Assembly (NCBI GenBank): GCA_016935525.1
Contig: JAFGQU010000004.1
Span: 1,314-65,313, forward strand
Source: Candidatus Omnitrophota bacterium
GTDB taxonomy: Bacteria > Omnitrophota > Gorgyraeia > Duberdicusellales > 4484-171
Direction: 5' to 3'
Length of the DNA stretch: 64,000 bases
The notes below the pieces were generated by a model. That model saw nothing but the letters and a program-made list of their open reading frames with translations. It ran no database searches and was not told the DNA's origin. Both the position numbers and the translations under genes were made by a program. Shown here piece by piece: positions 17,707-27,621 of this stretch; within the stretch, counting starts at the first letter, position 1, and each line of letters begins with the position of its first letter.

Positions 17707-19674
17707 TTATTCGTACCGTAACGCTTCGATAGGGTTCAGTTCCGAAGCTTTCTTCGCCGGCCAAAGTCCAAACCCGATACCTACCGTGATAGAAAACGTC
17801 GTCGCGAGCACGATACTGAACGGCGTGACCCGTGTCGCCCAGCCGGCAGAAATCGCCAGGACCACCGCCATCGCCGACCCTAACGCGATCCCCATCAGCC
17901 CCCCGCTGAACGTCATCACTACCGCTTCGATCAAAAACTGGGTCATAATGTCGCCTTTACGGGCGCCGAGCGCTTTACGCAGGCCGATCTCTCGCGTACG
18001 TTCGGTCACCGATACCAGCATGATATTCATTATTCCGACGCCGCCGACCAGAAGCGAGATCGCCGCGATGCAACCTAACAGCATACTCATAGTCTGGGTA
18101 GTACTGGAAAGCATATCCTGGATCTCACTCATGTCCCTGATATGAAAAGAATCCGTATCGTCTTTGTTTAGCCGGTGCCGTTTGATGATCAGGTTCTCTA
18201 TTGCCTGGGTCGCCTGTTCCATAAGATTCTCGTTACTTACTTCTATAAAGATCGTATCAAGATAATCTTTTCCCAACACGCGGTACATCGCGGTCGTAAC
18301 CGGTATATACGCCACGTCATCCTGATCACGGAACCCGCCCGAACCCTTAGGCGGGGCGATACCGATGACTTTGAAATTAATACGGTTTATCTTTATGGTC
18401 TCACCGACCGGGTTTTTATCGCCGAACAGGTTCTTTACTACCGTCATCCCCAATACCGTGACTTTCGCGCGTTCTTCGATCTCATCGGGAGTGAACCACT
18501 GGCCGACGGCAGGAACGGTCGCCCGCATCTGGCCGTAATCATATCCTACGCCCTCAAGGCTTGTGTTCCAATTCGCGTTCTCATATACGGTCTGCGCGGA
18601 CCCGCCAACCCGGCCGCTTGCTTTTGCAACCAGCGGGCTGAGCGCGCGGATCGCGGACACATCGTTAAACGTAAACCGCTCGACCGAACCGACACCCATC
18701 GCTACTCCGCGTATCCTGGCCGAACCGCCGCGGACCATAAGCAGGTTGGAACCCAGGCTTTTTAACTGTTCCCGGAGCGATTCTTTTGCGCCTTCGCCTA
18801 ACGCAAGCATGGCGATGACCGCCCCGACTCCGAACAGTATTCCCATCATCGAAAGGATCGAACGGGTCTTATTGGAAAGGATCGCGTGAAATGACTGGCG
18901 AAGATGTTCGAAAAATTCGATAGTACCCCAGGCCGAATGGGTCTGCCCGGTGACTTCATCAAGAGATATTCCTTTATCTTTTTGAGAAATACTCCCCGGA
19001 GAAGATTTCTTTTCGTCGGAAAGGACCTTCCCGTCACGCATCGTGATGACCCGGGATGCGTATTGGGCGATCTCGCGGTCATGAGTGACTACGATTATGG
19101 TCTTACCCTGGCCATTCAGTTGTTTGAGAATACCCATGATCTCTTTACCGCTTTTACTGTCAAGGTTCCCGGTAGGTTCGTCGGCAAAAATGATCGTCGG
19201 ATCGTTTACTAAAGCGCGGGCAATCGCGACCCGCTGCTGCTGGCCGCCGGAAAGTTCGTTGGGCCGGTGCAGAGCCCGGTCGTTAAGCCCGACTTCTGCC
19301 AACCGTTTATCCGCCTCATGAAAAATATTCTTTTTCCCGGCATAGATAAGCGGTAACGCGACATTTTCCCGCGCGGTCACCCGGCGCAGGAGATGAAACT
19401 GCTGGAACACAAATCCCGCCAGATGGTTTCTTAACGCGGCAAGGTCACCGTCGGAAAACCGGGTAAGATCTTTACCGAATATTTTATAGATACCACCTGC
19501 ATCCGGACGGTCCAGGAACCCCAGGATATGCATAAGCGTGGATTTACCTGAACCTGAAGGCCCCATGATCACGATAAATTCGCCCGGCGAAATGGCAAGC
19601 GAAACATCGTGTAACGCTTTAAGCGCGACTTTACCGGTATAGTATGTTTTGGATATATTCTGTAATTCAATCAT
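17707..19674 (-). CDS. macB: MacB-type ABC transporter (fused ATPase plus FtsX-like permease).
   Basis: Walker [10 protein letters not shown], the ABC signature [15 protein letters not shown] and Walker [13 protein letters not shown]. The C-terminal region has four TM helices with a large periplasmic loop. Confidence 0.85.
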   Translation of the reverse strand: MIELQNISKTYYTGKVALKALHDVSLAISPGEFIVIMGPSGSGKSTLMHILGFLDRPDAGGIYKIFGKDLTRFSDGDLAALRNHLAGFVFQQFHLLRRVTARENVALPLIYAGKKNIFHEADKRLAEVGLNDRALHRPNELSGGQQQRVAIARALVNDPTIIFADEPTGNLDSKSGKEIMGILKQLNGQGKTIIVVTHDREIAQYASRVITMRDGKVLSDEKKSSPGSISQKDKGISLDEVTGQTHSAWGTIEFFEHLRQSFHAILSNKTRSILSMMGILFGVGAVIAMLALGEGAKESLREQLKSLGSNLLMVRGGSARIRGVAMGVGSVERFTFNDVSAIRALSPLVAKASGRVGGSAQTVYENANWNTSLEGVGYDYGQMRATVPAVGQWFTPDEIEERAKVTVLGMTVVKNLFGDKNPVGETIKINRINFKVIGIAPPKGSGGFRDQDDVAYIPVTTAMYRVLGKDYLDTIFIEVSNENLMEQATQAIENLIIKRHRLNKDDTDSFHIRDMSEIQDMLSSTTQTMSMLLGCIAAISLLVGGVGIMNIMLVSVTERTREIGLRKALGARKGDIMTQFLIEAVVMTFSGGLMGIALGSAMAVVLAISAGWATRVTPFSIVLATTFSITVGIGFGLWPAKKASELNPIEALRYE

Positions 19675-19676
19675 AG

Positions 19677-20630
19677 TTATCGCCGGCGCGGCATAAACGG
19701 ATTTATCCCGCCGTTCTCTTTTTGCGGTATATACATCTGGCTCTGTATCACTACCGTATCGTTCACGTGTAATCCCGAGACGATCTCGACGTTGGTATCA
19801 TCACTTAACCCGGTCTCGACCGGCCGGGTCTCTATCGTTTTATCGGATGAGTCCTCTATGAATACGACCTTACGGCCGTCCCGGGTCTGTAACGCCATAA
19901 CCGGGATCATAAGTACGTTATCTTTTTCTTTTTCGATGACAGTCACGTTGGCGCTCATCCCCGAACGCAGGAATTCCGGTATTTCGACCGGTACGATATC
20001 CACATCATAGATAATCACGTTATTCACTATTTGCGATTCATACGCGATATGGTCGACTATACCTTCGATCTTTACCTGAGGATAGGCGTCAAGCGTAATG
20101 AACGCTTTCTGCCCGACTTTTACCCGGGCAATATCGGTTTCATCGAACTGCGCTTTCATGATCAGCCGGTCGGATAATACCAATACCGTATCGGCCGTCG
20201 TCACGGTCTGGCCCGGTTCGACGTCCCGTACGATCACCTCACCGTCGATCGGCGAGACTAACATGCTTTCCTTATATACGTTTTCCCAGTATTCGGTCGC
20301 CTGATCTCCTTGAGCGCGAGCGACGTCGATAAGCGCCGCGCGTTCGGTAGAACTCATCTTCGCCAGGACTTCCCCTCTTTTTACCCGGTCGCCCTCTTTC
20401 ACGAGGATATCGTCGATACGGCCGCTGATCGAAGGTTTTATCTGAAGACGGTTTTGCGGTTCGACCTCACCGGTCGTAGAAAGAGTGACCATGATGTGTC
20501 CGTATACCGGCCGGACCATCCTCATGGTCGTTGTTTCCTGCGAGGTACCGTTCTTATACCTGTACGCAAAAAACAGGACGATACCGAGCACGATAATCAT
20601 CACCACGATAATTCTCTTAATTCCGGTCAT
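19677..20630 (-). CDS. macA: Periplasmic adaptor (HlyD/MacA family membrane fusion protein).
   Basis: N-terminal TM anchor, coiled-coil, then beta-barrel layout. Adjacent to macB. Confidence 0.8.
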   Translation of the reverse strand: MTGIKRIIVVMIIVLGIVLFFAYRYKNGTSQETTTMRMVRPVYGHIMVTLSTTGEVEPQNRLQIKPSISGRIDDILVKEGDRVKRGEVLAKMSSTERAALIDVARAQGDQATEYWENVYKESMLVSPIDGEVIVRDVEPGQTVTTADTVLVLSDRLIMKAQFDETDIARVKVGQKAFITLDAYPQVKIEGIVDHIAYESQIVNNVIIYDVDIVPVEIPEFLRSGMSANVTVIEKEKDNVLMIPVMALQTRDGRKVVFIEDSSDKTIETRPVETGLSDDTNVEIVSGLHVNDTVVIQSQMYIPQKENGGINPFMPRRR

Positions 20631-21885
20631 ATTCTAACGTACCTCCTTTTGCCTGAATCCAACGGGCTTCGCTCACCAGCATGTTCGCCCGGGCATTTAA
20701 AAAATCTTTTTTCGCGTTTACCAGATTATTTTCGATAATGATCCAATCGTCGAACGAAATCAGGCCGGTCGAATACTGGGCCGAAGCGATCTTGGCCCGT
20801 TCTTGAGCCGCGGCAAGAAATTTCTCTTTTACGCCGACCGTACCGATAGAATCTGCAAGGTCCGTCCAGGTCTCTTCCAGCGTCACCAGTACCGTATCCC
20901 GACCGCTGCGCTCATCCGCGCGAGCTTGAGTCAATGCCGACTGGCGTTTCGCGACCTGAGCGATACGGCTACCGCCTTCAAACAACGGAAATGATACGCT
21001 CACGCCTACTCCCCACTGGTCGTCCTCCGGCGGCCATTTTGAAGAAGACCTTGCCGCGGAGGTATTGACATATACCTGCGGAAAAAAATCGGCCTGTGCC
21101 GATTGAACATTAAAACGGGCGGCATCTTTTTTCGCGATAAGCTGCTGTAATAAAGGAGTATTGTCAGCAAGATAGGTAAAATCCGGAGTCGGGCCGTTTC
21201 CTTCCGATACGGTAAAATCTCCGGTGACGCTCATATCGATCGTACGCTGAGTACGGCCGAGCTCTTTTATCAGCTGACTTTGGGCTAAAGAAACGTCGCG
21301 CCGGGCCTGATCGACTTCGAATTCGGCTTGGGCCAGATCGGCCTGGGCGGTATATAACGCGCCTTTATGTTCTCTCCCGGCGTCGTACCGTAACTGGACG
21401 AGATCGAGGTTTTCTTTACGGCGTTTGGCGATCGCCTCGGTAAGCGGGACAAGTTCCTGCGCCCGCAAGAGCGCGATAAACGCGTCACGTAAGGCAAGTC
21501 TGACGTTCGATGAGGTCACCGCGTAACCATACGTCTGGGCGGTCACGGTTTGATCGGCGACTTTTATGTCGGACGAGATTTTGTTCCCGTCGAAAAGGAG
21601 CTGTTCGCCGGTCACCCCGTAAGAATACGAGTCCTGGGTTTCACCGTTCGATTTGGATGTCCGCGCGGACATCTGGCTGGCAAACTGGGTAAGCATCCGG
21701 CTGCGGACAATATCCCGGTCCGAACGGGCTTGCCGGATAGTTTCCTGGGCCGAAATCAGATCGGGATGGGTTTTAAGCGATTCGCTGATACAATCGTCCC
21801 AGGTAAGCACCTCTTGAGTATATCCCGGTAATACCAGATAAACAGCTATCGCACCAATAAAAATGAAGATGCGAAAATACCTCAT
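20617..21885 (-). CDS. TolC-like outer membrane efflux protein.
   Basis: Signal peptide. Tandem repeat of alpha-helical and beta-barrel halves (about 420 aa). Sits in an operon with macAB. Confidence 0.75.
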   Translation of the reverse strand: MRYFRIFIFIGAIAVYLVLPGYTQEVLTWDDCISESLKTHPDLISAQETIRQARSDRDIVRSRMLTQFASQMSARTSKSNGETQDSYSYGVTGEQLLFDGNKISSDIKVADQTVTAQTYGYAVTSSNVRLALRDAFIALLRAQELVPLTEAIAKRRKENLDLVQLRYDAGREHKGALYTAQADLAQAEFEVDQARRDVSLAQSQLIKELGRTQRTIDMSVTGDFTVSEGNGPTPDFTYLADNTPLLQQLIAKKDAARFNVQSAQADFFPQVYVNTSAARSSSKWPPEDDQWGVGVSVSFPLFEGGSRIAQVAKRQSALTQARADERSGRDTVLVTLEETWTDLADSIGTVGVKEKFLAAAQERAKIASAQYSTGLISFDDWIIIENNLVNAKKDFLNARANMLVSEARWIQAKGGTLEYDRN

Positions 21886-21944
21886 CTTATGTTTTTACGC
21901 CCTCTCATTTTAGACATAGGTTGCTCCCTAAAAGTTCCCCCATT

Positions 21945-22193
21945 TTATTGACGGCCCCCTTTTTCCCGCTCTTTTTTCAACCCGGAAACAGGTTCTTGCG
22001 GATACTGTAATACCTGCGATATACGTTGTGCCGGGATAAAACTGATCATATCTTTACGGCCCGGCGGTCCCGACATGACAATGAGTTGATCTCCGGCGCT
22101 GATTTTCAGGGCTTTTCTCACTTTCATCGGGATCACCACCTGCCCGCGCTGGCCTATAGTCACCGTACCGTATACCTGGGAAGGCTCCTTCAT
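21945..22193 (-). CDS. AbrB/MazE/SpoVT-family DNA-binding protein.
   Basis: GTVTIGQRGQVVIPMKVRKALKISAGDQL is a swapped-hairpin barrel signature. Confidence 0.5.
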   Translation of the reverse strand: MKEPSQVYGTVTIGQRGQVVIPMKVRKALKISAGDQLIVMSGPPGRKDMISFIPAQRISQVLQYPQEPVSGLKKEREKGGRQ

Positions 22194-22431
22194 CTTTTAC
22201 CTCCTCGTTTAAAAATAGCGTACATCCGATAAATATGAAAAGTATGATTTATCATATAAAACATACTCCTGTTTTCTCTTTTTGTCAACGAAACAGATTT
22301 ACATCTCGACAGAGACTCGCCGCTTTCGGCCTTCCCAATTCCTAAAAAAACCCTATAATGAGATAATCACGTAACGCGAAACGCGTCACGCGTAACGCGC
22401 CGAAAAGAAAATCAGAACGAAATAAATTATT

Positions 22432-22449
22432 GAAATACAATTGTATTTC
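22432..22449. promoter_or_regulatory. Perfect 18-bp palindrome GAAATACAATTGTATTTC, a putative operator in the abrB-like/ygiQ divergent intergenic region.
   Basis: Exact dyad symmetry lying 76 bp upstream of the ygiQ start. Confidence 0.4.
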
Positions 22450-22463
22450 ACGAAGCAGAGCTG

Positions 22464-22496
22464 AGTATATTTCGCGAAACGAAGTTGAGCATATTT
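22464..22496 (+). promoter_or_regulatory. 33-nt motif M (gtatatttcgcgaaacgaagttgagcatatttc) with an internal TTTCGCGAAA palindrome. Copies also at 52908..52940 (minus) and 53019..53051 (plus).
   Basis: Near-identical copies (1 to 3 mismatches) are found upstream, in the same orientation, of ygiQ (28 bp from its start) and of the CxxCxxCC gene at 52476..52853 (54 bp from its start). Confidence 0.45.
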
Positions 22497-22524
22497 CTAT
22501 TGCATTTCAATTCGTATTGAGAAT

Positions 22525-24300
22525 ATGAATAATGATTTTTTGCCCGTATCGCAGAAAGACCTCAAAAAAAGAGGATGGGATCAACTTGATATCATCCTGA
22601 TCACCGGAGACGCCTACGTTGACCATCCTTCTTATGGTACTGCGGTCATCTCAAGGGTCCTCGAACAGGCCGGGTTTAAAGTCGGTATCATCGCCCAACC
22701 CGACTGGCGTCATACAAAAGACTTTACCGCGTTAGGCGCACCCCGGTTGTTTTTCGGGATCACCTCCGGCAATACCGATTCGATGATCGCCAACTATACC
22801 GCTAACAAAAAACTTCGTAAAACCGACGATTACTCACCCGGTTCAAAACCCGGCCTGCGGCCGGACCGGGCGTTGATCGTGTACGCTAATAAAGTACGCG
22901 AGATCTACGACCGTGTTCCGATCATAATCGGCGGAATGGAAGCAAGTCTCCGACGGCTGGCTCATTATGATTATTGGGACAACAAAGTGCGCCGGTCGAT
23001 CCTGCTCGATGCCCGCGCCAACATCTTGGTCTACGGTATGGGTGAACGGCAGGTCGTAGAGATCGCCCAACGCATGGATAAAGGAGAAAAGATCGGTACG
23101 CTTATCAATATCCGCGGTACAGTAGTCGTAAAAAAGAATATCGACGACATAAGCAGGTATCTCGTCATCCCCTCTTACGAAGAAATAAAAGACGATAAAG
23201 AAAAATTCAACGAAGCGTTCCGAAACGTGTATAGTCAGATGAATCCTTATACCGCAAAACCGCTTCTACAGAAACACCATGTCCAGAACGTCATCCAGCT
23301 TCCGCCGGCCGAACCATTCTCAAGCCAAGAACTCGACCGTATCTACGAGCTTCCCTATCAGAGGAACTGGCATCCCCGCTATACCGCGCAAAGCGGGATC
23401 AAAGGATTTAAGACTGTAGAGTTTTCTCTTATCTCGCATCGCGGCTGCTGCGGAGAATGTAGTTTCTGCAGTCTTCATCTTCATCAGGGACGTATTATCC
23501 AAAGCCGCAGCGCCCGATCGCTTATCGACGAAGCCAAATCGCTTAGTGAACGAAAAGGATTTTATGGAGTCATCACCGATATCGGCGGCCCGACGGCGAA
23601 TTTCTGGCAGGTAGACTGTTCGTTATGGCACAAAAAAGGGTTCTGCGATGATACGCATTGCCTGTTACCGGTAAAATGTAAAAATTTAAAGCTGGGATAT
23701 AAAGAAAGCCTGTCCCTTTATAAAGATATCCGCGCGTTACCGAAAGTGAAACATGTTTTTATAGCCAGCGGGTTCCGTTACGACCTTCTTACCGAAAAGT
23801 ATGCCGACGAATATCTAAAAGAAGTCTGTACCCATCATATCAGCGGGCAGATGAAAGTCGCCCCCGAACATGTCTGTGCCCATGTACTGGCGGTCATGAA
23901 CAAACCGGAACTGCCGGTTTTCGAAAAATTTCTTGATAGATTCAGGACAATAAACACCCGTTTAAAGAAAAATCAGTTTCTGGTGAACTATTTCATCTCG
24001 AGCCATCCCGGCTCCACTCTCCCGGATGCACTTACGGTATCAAAATATCTTGCGAAGACGAAACTCGCTTCCGAACAGATCCAGGATTTTATCCCTTCCC
24101 CGCTGACGCTTTCGACCTGCATCTACTATACGGGAACACACCCCTTTACCGGAGAGAAGGTCTATGTACCGCGGACGTTTCACGAACGGAAGATGCAGCG
24201 GGCGCTCATCCAGCATAAAAACCCCAGGACGAGAAAATTACTGAACGAAGCACTGAGACAACTTAAAGGTTCCCATCAGATTAAAAATCTGCTTTATTAA
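22525..24300 (+). CDS. ygiQ: YgiQ-family (UPF0313) radical SAM protein.
   Basis: N-terminal GWDQLDIILITGDAYVDHPSYG signature. Radical SAM Cys cluster CGECSFC. Length 591 aa. Confidence 0.85.
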   Translation: MNNDFLPVSQKDLKKRGWDQLDIILITGDAYVDHPSYGTAVISRVLEQAGFKVGIIAQPDWRHTKDFTALGAPRLFFGITSGNTDSMIANYTANKKLRKTDDYSPGSKPGLRPDRALIVYANKVREIYDRVPIIIGGMEASLRRLAHYDYWDNKVRRSILLDARANILVYGMGERQVVEIAQRMDKGEKIGTLINIRGTVVVKKNIDDISRYLVIPSYEEIKDDKEKFNEAFRNVYSQMNPYTAKPLLQKHHVQNVIQLPPAEPFSSQELDRIYELPYQRNWHPRYTAQSGIKGFKTVEFSLISHRGCCGECSFCSLHLHQGRIIQSRSARSLIDEAKSLSERKGFYGVITDIGGPTANFWQVDCSLWHKKGFCDDTHCLLPVKCKNLKLGYKESLSLYKDIRALPKVKHVFIASGFRYDLLTEKYADEYLKEVCTHHISGQMKVAPEHVCAHVLAVMNKPELPVFEKFLDRFRTINTRLKKNQFLVNYFISSHPGSTLPDALTVSKYLAKTKLASEQIQDFIPSPLTLSTCIYYTGTHPFTGEKVYVPRTFHERKMQRALIQHKNPRTRKLLNEALRQLKGSHQIKNLLY

Positions 24301-24355
24301 AATTACTATTTTATATCGGCCTTGCCGCTCATCGCTTACCGCTATACACTACCCT

Positions 24356-25357
24356 TTATACTTTCATCCGCCAGAGATGATGGATCGTGCGGTTACGGTA
24401 ATCTTCGGGGATGGTTTTAGGGGTAAGTTTTACGATCTCTTTTACTTCGATACCGTCGAAGCGCGGGACGAACCGTTGGTGGTTGGTCGAGAAAAAAATG
24501 TCTCCTCCCGGCGCCATAACTTTCAAGACCCGTTTTATCAGGTCGGGATGGTCCCGGTTGATATCAAACGATACCTGACCTTTAAGGTCTTTGAAAAAAG
24601 ACGGGGGATCGACAAACGCCAGGGTAAACCGCTCATTCGTACGCGCGGCCTGTGATAGATATTTCATTACGTCGGATTGGGTAAGCCTATGCCGTACGCC
24701 CCATAATCCGTTTAACATCAGGTTATCTTTTGTCCAGTCAATATAGGTCTTCGACCGGTCAACGGTAACGGTAGCCTTTGCTTTTCCAAGTGCGGCGGCG
24801 CAGGTACACGTCCCGGTATAAGCAAACAAATTCAAAAAATCTTTTCCTTTTGCCAAGTCACGGATAATGACCCGGGTATCGCGATGGTCCGAGTAGAGCC
24901 CGGTATCAAGAAAATCGGTCAGGTTCACCAGAAACCGCAGATCTCTTTCGGATACCTCTATCCGTTTACCTTGTGAACCCATCTTTTTGTACCGGGGCCC
25001 TCCGGCGACGTTGGTATGCCGCCGTTTGATATGGACACGTTCAAACGGAACGTTCAGCGCGTTCGCCACGGCATCAGCCATCTGCGGTAAATAATCCGAA
25101 CCGGTCTGCAGGCGTTCATATTCAGCGACCACGATATGCCCCCCATACCAGTCGACGACGATACGGATATCGGGAGAATCCCAATCATACAGCCGGAAAC
25201 ATTCGATATCCTGCCGTTTGAACCGGCGGGACAGATGACGGAACTTCTTTATTACGCTACGGGTAAGGACCTCGGCATGGATACGGGCTTTTTGCGGAGT
25301 CACAAACCCTTTGGGAACGGGTTTGGTAAATCTTTTTTTACTATACTGTCCTTTCAT
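24356..25357 (-). CDS. Class I SAM-dependent RNA methyltransferase (RlmI/RlmK-like).
   Basis: The SAM motif is LNLFAYTGTCTCAAA and motif IV is FVDPPSF, giving a Methyltrans_SAM-type C-terminus. Confidence 0.55.
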   Translation of the reverse strand: MKGQYSKKRFTKPVPKGFVTPQKARIHAEVLTRSVIKKFRHLSRRFKRQDIECFRLYDWDSPDIRIVVDWYGGHIVVAEYERLQTGSDYLPQMADAVANALNVPFERVHIKRRHTNVAGGPRYKKMGSQGKRIEVSERDLRFLVNLTDFLDTGLYSDHRDTRVIIRDLAKGKDFLNLFAYTGTCTCAAALGKAKATVTVDRSKTYIDWTKDNLMLNGLWGVRHRLTQSDVMKYLSQAARTNERFTLAFVDPPSFFKDLKGQVSFDINRDHPDLIKRVLKVMAPGGDIFFSTNHQRFVPRFDGIEVKEIVKLTPKTIPEDYRNRTIHHLWRMKV

Positions 25358-25375
25358 TGTTCGGTGTAAGTCTCC

Positions 25376-25675
25376 TTAAAAAAGCATCCGGTAATATTCG
25401 TTAAAAGAATTTACGAGCCTTATGAACGATTGAAACAGGAAATACGTCAAAAGGATCACGATAAAACTGACCGTCATCTTTTTCTCCCTGCTGTACCGGG
25501 GATGGAACCAGACCAACGGCAGAGCCAGCGGCCCGGCGCTCAAAAGCGCGATCACGACGATAGAGGTTTTGAAATACCATTGTTCTTTCGGCAAAACATT
25601 CAGGAATTCTCCGCAATACCGGCATTTGACCGCTTCATCCTGTATTTCTTCGGCGCAAAAAGGGCATTTTTTCAT
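25376..25675 (-). CDS. Zinc-ribbon membrane protein.
   Basis: CPFC..(12)..CRYC N-terminal zinc ribbon, followed by two TM helices. Confidence 0.4.
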   Translation of the reverse strand: MKKCPFCAEEIQDEAVKCRYCGEFLNVLPKEQWYFKTSIVVIALLSAGPLALPLVWFHPRYSREKKMTVSFIVILLTYFLFQSFIRLVNSFNEYYRMLF

Positions 25676-25736
25676 AATTATCCTTTCTCAAAAGATATAT
25701 ATCGAACCAAAAGATCATCGGCTAACCTTACCTCAA

Positions 25737-27608
25737 TCATGGTTTTTTGAGAAGATAGGCCGGATAAACCTCATTTAAAAATTCGACCTTACCCTGAGCT
25801 ACCAACCTATACTCTTTGGAAACCGCGACAAAATCAGCTAATTTTGCGATTTCATCTTTAAGCGGCGTATACGCAATCCTACTGAGGAAATCATTGACTC
25901 CTTGCCGATCGATCCATATATCAAATCCTTTCCCATACGACATAAATCCCCCTCTCCCTTCTCGCCGATATATATGCTGCCACATATAGACAGTACTTAA
26001 CGGTGGGTCAAAAGGGATGTTTTTAAAATTGGAATAGTCTTTTTTCAGCCAACACTCTCTTGATCGGGGAACATCGACTACTATAATATAGTCGAATGTA
26101 TCATAATATTTAAAAAATTGCCGGTAAGGATTATACGCCGCTTCAATAGCGGAAAAAATAAATTTCTTCCTCAACAGATACTTTAAAAAGGTTAATTCGT
26201 TCCCGCCGAGAACCCCTTCCCGGCGTACGATCCCTACCCGTAAACGGTCCTGAGGGACCGTTTCCAGCTCATCTTCAAACGCGGCCAGGGTCTGTTCGGT
26301 AAAACGAAGCGGTGCGGGTTTACGCACCCAATAGTATTTTTCGTTGGTATAGAACCAGGAAAAATATATATAGTGGATAACACATAATCCGATAATGGCC
26401 ATACATACTGTCTTTTTGTATTTTAGCCAAAGCGTTTTATACCGGAAGCTATTGATATGAATATACGAAAGGCCGTGTACCGACAGCAATCCTATCGCGG
26501 GCAAAAGAGGAAATACATATTTTGGACATCTATTCGCTAAGCAGGAAAACAACCCTAACGGGACAGCTATCCACATAAACAGAATAGATTCTTTTACATT
26601 AACTCTCTTTTTGAAAAACAATAAAGAGAATAGGCCGATTAAAAAGAGGATAAGAAAAGGCCAGGAAACAAATGGGATAATCCCATGTTTCAAATAATAT
26701 CTTATAGGAACCGGGTTGTATTCCCCTTTGACAGAGATAGAGATTACGTCTTCTAAGCTGAAAGTGGATGCGCCGCCCGGATATATCGCTATGTTGGAAA
26801 ACTGTTGTACAATAGCAGCTATATTCCCTTTCCACCAGAACGAAGATATGGCCAAGAAAAAAACCAAAGCCCCAACTAATCCTAAGATTGTCGATATCCC
26901 GACATTTTCCTGGCGTCTATACCATCTTTTCAGAAAGACTAAAAATACAATAAGGATCGGAAAAGAAACAAAAAAAATGATCTGCGGTTTCATTAAAATT
27001 CCCAACCCCAAAATTATTCCTAAAGATAGAGTCGGAATGATCCTGGTAAAATAACGAGAATACATAAGCAGACAGATAGCCGCACTGGTAAAGGCGACTA
27101 ACGGGAACTCGTGAGAATACCCCCGGCTGGCGCCCAATATACCCGGATAGAGTGACACCAGAAAAGCCGCCCACAGACCGGTTTTTTCGTCTTTTATTAT
27201 TTTCCCGATGAAATATACCGAACACATCAGGATCACAAAATAAAAAATGTTGATACATTTCACGAGAAATACCGAAAAGCCCAGGATATATATGAACGGT
27301 ACGGCCGCAAGGAAGATCAACCGGGATTTATCGACCCCGGTAATCGAGTCGCATTTGTAAGTATTTTCAAGAAGTGTCCCGGCGTGACGGACAAGATCTA
27401 AAGGAGAAGATGCGGACCGGGTAAGATCCAAAAATTCTTCATAGAAACTGATTAAATTATTGAAATGGATGTCCTCATTCAAAGCGACGATGTTAGACCC
27501 GTCCCGATAAAGCCAAAGAGCATTTCCGATACAGTGAAAAAGGATTATTAACCCCAGGAAAACATATTCCCGTTTTAATCCTAAAAATATTTCGTTGTGT
27601 TTCGTCAT
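25737..27608 (-). CDS. GT-C fold integral membrane glycosyltransferase (ArnT/PMT-like) with a C-terminal soluble domain.
   Basis: About 12 TM helices in the first 430 aa. The hydrophilic C-terminal domain of about 190 aa matches GT39/GT83 topology. Confidence 0.4.
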   Translation of the reverse strand: MTKHNEIFLGLKREYVFLGLIILFHCIGNALWLYRDGSNIVALNEDIHFNNLISFYEEFLDLTRSASSPLDLVRHAGTLLENTYKCDSITGVDKSRLIFLAAVPFIYILGFSVFLVKCINIFYFVILMCSVYFIGKIIKDEKTGLWAAFLVSLYPGILGASRGYSHEFPLVAFTSAAICLLMYSRYFTRIIPTLSLGIILGLGILMKPQIIFFVSFPILIVFLVFLKRWYRRQENVGISTILGLVGALVFFLAISSFWWKGNIAAIVQQFSNIAIYPGGASTFSLEDVISISVKGEYNPVPIRYYLKHGIIPFVSWPFLILFLIGLFSLLFFKKRVNVKESILFMWIAVPLGLFSCLANRCPKYVFPLLPAIGLLSVHGLSYIHINSFRYKTLWLKYKKTVCMAIIGLCVIHYIYFSWFYTNEKYYWVRKPAPLRFTEQTLAAFEDELETVPQDRLRVGIVRREGVLGGNELTFLKYLLRKKFIFSAIEAAYNPYRQFFKYYDTFDYIIVVDVPRSRECWLKKDYSNFKNIPFDPPLSTVYMWQHIYRREGRGGFMSYGKGFDIWIDRQGVNDFLSRIAYTPLKDEIAKLADFVAVSKEYRLVAQGKVEFLNEVYPAYLLKKP

Positions 27609-27621
27609 AACAGGATGATCG

